From an uncultured Candidatus Rokubacteria bacterium (GTDB taxonomy: Bacteria; Methylomirabilota; Methylomirabilia; Rokubacteriales; DASRDR01): a stretch of DNA of 64,000 bases. Made by a program: the position numbers and the translations under genes. The stretch is from NCBI GenBank assembly GCA_963708025.1, contig CAVPSB010000010.1:128001-192000 (forward strand), in the 5' to 3' direction. Numbering within the stretch: the first letter of the stretch is position 1; the number at the start of each line of letters is the position of its first letter. Shown in pieces: positions 61,125 through 64,000 of the stretch. The notes under the pieces are model-generated. The model was not told the DNA's origin and did no database searches. It was given only the letters and a program-made list of their open reading frames with translations.

Positions 61125-62444
61125 ATGATCTGGGACCCCGCCGCCGAGTGTCTAGTCGGGCCGGAGCTGGAGCGGCTCCAGGTCGAGCGCTTGCGGGCCA
61201 CCGTCCGGTGGTGCGCCGAGCGCGTGCCGTTCTACCGGGCGGCGCTCGACGCGGCCGGGGTCGCCGCCGAGACGATCCGGCAGGTCGCGGACCTCGTGCG
61301 GCTGCCGTTCACCGTCAAGGCCGACCTCCGCGACCACTACCCCTTCGGGCTCTTCGCGGTCTCGCGCGAAGAGGTGCGGCGGATCCACGCCTCTTCGGGG
61401 ACCCGGGGCAAGCCGACGGTCGTCGGCTACACGCGGCGCGACCTGGAGACGTGGAGCGCCTGCATGGCCCGGGGGCTGGTGTCGGCAGGGGCGCGGCCGG
61501 GCGACCTCCTGCACCTCGCGTTCGGCTACGGGCTCTTCACCGGTGGGCTCGGGTTCCACGGGGGCGCCGAGCGGCTGGGGCTGACCGTGGTGCCGGCCTC
61601 CTCCGGGAACACCCTGCGCCAGGTCCTGCTCCTCCAGGACTTCCGACCCCAGGGTCTGGCCTGCACCCCGTCGTTCGCCCTGCACCTGGCGGAGGCGCTG
61701 CGCGAAGCCGGCGCGGACGGCCGGGAGCTCGGGCTCCGGTACGGCATCTTCGGCGCCGAGCCGTGGAGCGAGGGGATGCGACGCGAGATCGAGGCGGCCT
61801 TCGGGCTCCGGGCCGTCAACGTCTACGGGCTCTCGGAGGTTATCGGCCCCGGGGTCGCGGCCGAGTGCGAGGCCCGGGCAGGCCTCCACGTCAACGAGGA
61901 CCACTTCCTGGTGGAGGTCGTCGACCCGGCCACCGGGACGCCGCTCGAGCCCGGCCGGGAAGGGGAGCTCGTCTTCACCAGCCTCACCAAGGAGGCGCTG
62001 CCGATCCTTCGCTATCGAACGGGGGATCTCTCGGCGCTCACCCGGGAGCCCTGCGGCTGCGGCCGCACGCTGGCGCGGATGGCCCGGATCAAGGGGCGGA
62101 CGGACGACATGCTCGTGATCCGCGGGGTCAACGTCTACCCCTCCCAGATCGAGGCCGTCCTGCTGGCCTTGCCGGAGCTCGCACCCCACTACCAGCTCGT
62201 CGTCGACCGCGCGGGGGCGCTCCCGCGACTGGAGGTGCAGGTCGAGGTGGCCGAGGGGCTGGCTCGCCAGTGGGGCGACGTCCGCCCGGAGCGGCCCGAG
62301 GTGGCGCGGCTGCGCGCTCTGGTGGCCGAGCGCCTGCGGGCCAGCCTGGCGATCGCAACCGAGGTAATGGTGATGGCGCCGAAGACGGTGACGCGCAGCG
62401 AGGGCAAGGCGGTGCGGGTCGTCGAGAAGAGGAGGCCGGAATGA
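61125..62444 (+). CDS. paaK: Phenylacetate--CoA ligase
   Basis: LPFT.K.DLRD.YPFG, HASSGTRGKP, YGLFTGGLG.H, YGLSEVIGPG, GRTDDML.IRGVNV.PSQIE. Confidence 0.92.
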   Translation: MIWDPAAECLVGPELERLQVERLRATVRWCAERVPFYRAALDAAGVAAETIRQVADLVRLPFTVKADLRDHYPFGLFAVSREEVRRIHASSGTRGKPTVVGYTRRDLETWSACMARGLVSAGARPGDLLHLAFGYGLFTGGLGFHGGAERLGLTVVPASSGNTLRQVLLLQDFRPQGLACTPSFALHLAEALREAGADGRELGLRYGIFGAEPWSEGMRREIEAAFGLRAVNVYGLSEVIGPGVAAECEARAGLHVNEDHFLVEVVDPATGTPLEPGREGELVFTSLTKEALPILRYRTGDLSALTREPCGCGRTLARMARIKGRTDDMLVIRGVNVYPSQIEAVLLALPELAPHYQLVVDRAGALPRLEVQVEVAEGLARQWGDVRPERPEVARLRALVAERLRASLAIATEVMVMAPKTVTRSEGKAVRVVEKRRPE

Positions 62445-63277
62445 GCACGGACGAGCGCGAGAGGCAGGCGCGCCTGCTGGCGCAGATCGCGGCCGGCGAG
62501 AAGATCCAGGGCCCGGAGGAGATGACGCCGGCCTACCGGGACAACCTGGTCCACCTCATGACGATGCAGGCCGACTCCGAGCTGGCCGGGGCCTACGGCT
62601 ACGTGCCGTGGATCATGAAGGCGCCCACGGTCGAGGAGAAGCTGGTGGTGGCCCAGATCGTCAAGGACGAGACCCGCCACGCCAAGGTCATGTACGACCT
62701 CCTCCAGGAGCTCGGCTTCGACGTCGAGGGCCACGTGCGCCCCCACGACCAGGCCTTCGCCCGCCGCCTGGATGACCCCGAAGCAGACATCGGGACGGCG
62801 CGGATCGGGACCGACAAGCGGGTCAACATATTCTATTATCCGATCGACACCTGGGCGGACTTCGTGATGTTCAACTTCTGCATGGACCGGGGCGCCGGGC
62901 ACCAGCTCGAGGACACCCGGCGCTGCTCGTACGGCCCGTGGGCCCGCGCCATCGAGGGCATCTTCAAGGAAGAGAAGATGCACATCCGCCACGGCGAGCT
63001 GTGGGTCAAGCGCCTGGCCGACGACCCGGCCACGCGGGAGGAGGCCGAGCGGACCTTCCACAAGTGGTACGTCCGGACCATGAACATCTTCGGGCGACCC
63101 GGCAGCTCAAAGAACCGGCTGTACCGGGAGCTCGGCCTCAAGGTCCGCGACAACGACGAGGTGCGGCGGGCCTTCGCCGAGGAGGTCCGGGGCCTCGTCG
63201 AGCCGCTCGGCTGGCGGGTGCCGGACTGGAAGCCGAACTGGGAGACCTTGCCCGAGGAGGCCCAGATCCCGGGCTGA
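62441..63277 (+). CDS. PaaA/BoxB-like ferritin-fold diiron (aryl-CoA epoxidase family) protein
   Basis: DSE, KAP...EK, DETRH, MD, SYGPWAR, KEEKMH diiron pattern; follows paaK. Confidence 0.78.
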   Translation: MSTDERERQARLLAQIAAGEKIQGPEEMTPAYRDNLVHLMTMQADSELAGAYGYVPWIMKAPTVEEKLVVAQIVKDETRHAKVMYDLLQELGFDVEGHVRPHDQAFARRLDDPEADIGTARIGTDKRVNIFYYPIDTWADFVMFNFCMDRGAGHQLEDTRRCSYGPWARAIEGIFKEEKMHIRHGELWVKRLADDPATREEAERTFHKWYVRTMNIFGRPGSSKNRLYRELGLKVRDNDEVRRAFAEEVRGLVEPLGWRVPDWKPNWETLPEEAQIPG

Positions 63278-63335
63278 CCGGGACCTGCGGGAGCCATTCC
63301 CGGCGATTCAGGCTGGGTGGAGCCGGGCGGTCGCA

Positions 63336-63363
63336 ATGTCCGATAAGAGGGCTTCTGTCAAGT
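63336..63363 (+). other. dif-like Xer recombination site
   Basis: ATGTCCGATAA-GAGGGC-TTCTGTCAAGT, an 11-6-11 layout between convergent genes; one change (TTCTG for TTATG) in the XerD arm. Confidence 0.55.
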
Positions 63364-63421
63364 TGCGCATCCGAGCGTGGCCGGGCGTGCGGGCTGGCTG
63401 GATGCGAAGGAGGCTCGCCGC

Positions 63422-64000
63422 CTAGGCGGCGGCAGCGCCCAGGATGGCGAGGCGGGCTCGCGCCTCCTCGGCCCGAACCGAGTCCGGGGCCTCCTTGAGG
63501 AGGCGGCGGTAGCTCTCGATGGCGGCGTCGGGCTGCTTGAGCGTCTCCTGGACCCGGGCCACGGCGAGGAGCGATTCGCCGAACAGGAAATCCTTGGGCC
63601 CGCGCCCCTTCAGAACCCCCTGGTACGCCTCGAGCGCCCGGGCGGGCTCGTTCTTTGCCTCCCAGACGTAGCCCGCTCCCAGCCGGCCCAGGGCCCCGAT
63701 GCTCCCGCCGTCCCGGCGCCCCGCCTCGCCGAAGGCCGCCAGCGCCGCGTCGTGGGCGCCTCGTCGATACTCGAGGTTGCCCAGCAAGTACCAGGCCTGC
63801 GCCGCCGGAGCCGAACGCGGGTGGTCCTTGAGGAACGCCGTGAGCGTCTTGGCGATCTCGGCCAGGCGGGCGTCGTCGCCGCCGGCCATCGCCTGCTGGT
63901 AGCTGGCCGTGAGCACGGCGAAGCCCCGGCGCGCGGAGGCCTCACGCTGCTGGAGCACGGTCCACACCGCCACCCCGAGAAAGAGGGCGACGAGCAGGCC
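63422..64000 (-). CDS. Membrane-anchored TPR protein, YfgM-like (5' end outside the window)
   Basis: Hydrophobic segment at the window edge followed by TPR-like helices (AWYLLG, A..AY, A..SY..LL). Confidence 0.7.
   Translation of the reverse strand, partial: GLLVALFLGVAVWTVLQQREASARRGFAVLTASYQQAMAGGDDARLAEIAKTLTAFLKDHPRSAPAAQAWYLLGNLEYRRGAHDAALAAFGEAGRRDGGSIGALGRLGAGYVWEAKNEPARALEAYQGVLKGRGPKDFLFGESLLAVARVQETLKQPDAAIESYRRLLKEAPDSVRAEEARARLAILGAAAA

Overview
Very GC-rich bacterial chromosome segment, almost all genes on the + strand. A diderm lineage is indicated by the kds/lpt LPS genes; gene content and order resemble Ca. Rokubacteria/Methylomirabilota, which is inference only. The coding content is mostly housekeeping: putB-acnX, HNH-uvrB-uvrC, leuS-lptE-holA, rpsT, murJ-dtd-xerD-cca-pyrG-kdsA-kdsD-kdsC, lptCAB-rpoN-hpf-rapZ, GH57, metK-ahcY, glycosyltransferases, fused lptFG, valS-birA-coaX, guaB3-guaA, dnaE-accA, a SorC-family regulator divergent from an atypical FBP aldolase/phosphatase, paaK plus an orphan PaaA-like diiron protein. 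No rRNA, tRNA, CRISPR array or transposase gene was seen. The unusual biology is intergenic. At least 14 short non-coding elements of three families sit directly behind stop codons. They are built from interchangeable nested hairpin modules whose stems covary around fixed internal loops, and many hairpins carry C(GNA)G triloops typical of folded single-stranded DNA. One family is flanked by 8-bp direct repeats that preserve an overlapping stop/start. At xerD an element separates a synonymously recoded duplicate of the gene's 3' end, followed by a third, more decayed copy. A dif-like site lies near the right end of the window.
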